In this document: positions 62,505-64,000 of the stretch, piece by piece
How the letters are laid out: each line of letters starts with the position of its first letter
How positions within the stretch are numbered: position 1 is the stretch's first letter
Source of the DNA: Mobula hypostoma
Taxonomy: Eukaryota
Assembly (NCBI RefSeq): GCF_963921235.1
Contig: NC_086109.1
Span: forward strand, 32,738,001 to 32,802,000
Direction of reading: 5' to 3'
Length of the DNA: 64,000 bases
Program-made: the position numbers and the translations under genes
Notes under the pieces: model-generated
Seen by the model: only the letters and a program-made list of their open reading frames with translations
The model's database searches: none
What the model was told of the DNA's origin: nothing

Positions 62505-63405
62505 GAGATGGGTTGGAGAACTGGACAGGGAGTTAGGGGGTCAGGTTAGGAACAGGAATGGGTTGGGGAACTGTGCAGGGAGTTAGGGGGTCAGGTTAGG
62601 AACAAGGATGGGTTGGGGAACTGGGCAGGGAGTTAGGGAGTCCGGAGAGGAACAGGGATGGACTGGGGAACTGTGCAGGGAGTTAGGGAGTCCGGTGAGG
62701 AACGGGGATGGACTGGGGAACTGGGCAGGGAGTTAGGGAGTCCGGTGAGGAACAGGGATGGACTGGGGAACTGGGCAGGGAGATACTAGGTCAGTTTAGG
62801 AACAGGGATGGATTGGGGAACTGGGCAGGGGGTTGGGGGTCAGGTTAGAAACAGGGATGGGTTGGGGAACAATGCAGGGAGTTAGGGGGTCTGGTGAGGA
62901 ACAGGGATGGATTGGGGAACTGGGCAGGGAGTTAGGGGTCAGATTAGGAACAGGGAAGGATTGGGGAACTGTGAAGGGAGTTAGGGATCAGGTTAAGAGC
63001 AGGGATGGATTGTGGAACTGGGCAAGGAGTTAGGGGTCAGTTTAGAAACAGGGATGGTTTGGGGAACTGTGCAGGGAGTTAGGGGGTCTGGTGTGGAACC
63101 AGGATGGACTGAGGAACTGGGCAGGGAGTTAGGGGGTCAGTTTAGGAAGAGGGATGGGTTGGGGAACTGTGCAGGGAGTTAGGGGGTCAGTTTAGGAAGA
63201 GAGATGGGTTGGGGAACAATGCAGGGAGTTAGTGGGTCAAGTTAGGAACTGGAATGGTTTGGGGAACTGGGCAGGGAGTTAGGGGTCAGATTAGGAACAG
63301 GAATGGGTTGGGGAACTGGGCAGGAAGTTAGGGGGTCTGGTTAGGAACGGGGATGGATTGGGGAACTGGGCAGGGAGTTAGTGAGTCAGGTTAGGAACAG
63401 GGATG
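62505..63405 (+). repeat. G-rich minisatellite, ~50-bp unit, about 18 copies
   Basis: Unit GGGATGGA(C/T)TGGGGAACTG(G/T)GCAGGGAGTTAGGG(G/A)GTC.GGTTAGGAACA recurs at a 50-nt period (e.g. 62655, 62705, 62755). Confidence 0.95.
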
Positions 63406-64000
63406 AGGGTGAACCAGAAACATTCAGAGGCCAGGATGGAACGCTCTGCTGTCAAAGGTCAGCAATCTGGAGATAGGATCTCAGGTCAGGTCAATGGGTG
63501 GTGAGGAGACTAATCATTCCAACCTCAGTGAATCCTGAGTCAGATGTCCGTAGAAGCAGGAGTCATGAGGGCTGGTGTCCACCCCACCCCCCGACCTCTC
63601 CTCCAGCCACTGAGATCAGTGGTCCATTTGAATTCAGAAGTAGAAGTTAGAGACGCTTTGTGGTTGAAGGTCAACGATCCTGAAGATTAGGTCAGTCGAA
63701 GCCTTAAGGTCAAATTGACCTCTGTTATACCACCATCAAGAACAGTTAATGTGCCATTCCATGTCCACACCGTGGAAATCCGATCACCTGGCTGCACTTC
63801 CACTCAGTGTTTCAGGATCATCTTCCTTCCCTCCGCTATCAGATTTCTGAAGAGATAATGAATCCATAACACTACCTCACTATTTCATCTCTCTTCTTGT
63901 GCTACTTATTTAATTTAATCTTTAATATATTCTTACTGTATTTTATAGATTTATTAGTATTATGTATTGCAAAATTCCTCTGCCATAAAACACCAAATTT

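Noticed and set aside
62505..63405. CRISPR array or interstitial telomere; also ORF 62833-63033
   Set aside because: Units are contiguous degenerate tandem copies with no unique spacers, TTAGGG is not itself tandem, and the ORF is a by-product of the repeat.

Overview
Eukaryotic, repeat-rich vertebrate DNA, most likely from a cartilaginous fish such as a ray (inferred from the repeat families; not provable from this window). The window holds one host gene on the + strand, an INAVA/C1orf106 orthologue (CUPID-domain family with CCDC120 and FRMD4A/B). I traced 8 coding exons by hand (11484-11538, 30329-30453, 30773-30895, 32344-32569, 40003-40038, 41263-41524, 51683-51835, 55223-55949). All introns are GT-AG with matching phases, giving 1707 nt or 569 codons without a stop. 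The terminal coding exon and the transcription start were not found and probably lie outside the window. The rest is intronic/UTR-intronic DNA filled with transposable elements: Penelope-like elements (PLEs) of two families, CR1 LINEs (one with an open ~640-codon RT frame), Rex/Babar- and RTE-type LINE remnants, Tc1/mariner and hAT elements and MITEs, a Helitron, V-SINE-like SINEs and a G-rich 50-bp minisatellite. Most notable: (i) minimal hammerhead-ribozyme motifs in the PLE terminal repeats, including a 241-bp coding-free fold-back insertion with two back-to-back cores and a 14-bp TSD; (ii) a non-autonomous Helitron whose only ORF is an array of 23-aa STPR-like repeats; (iii) a candidate beta-TrCP degron at the INAVA N-terminus. 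All family assignments come from motif recognition, not database searches. No prokaryotic-type system (CRISPR, operon) is present.
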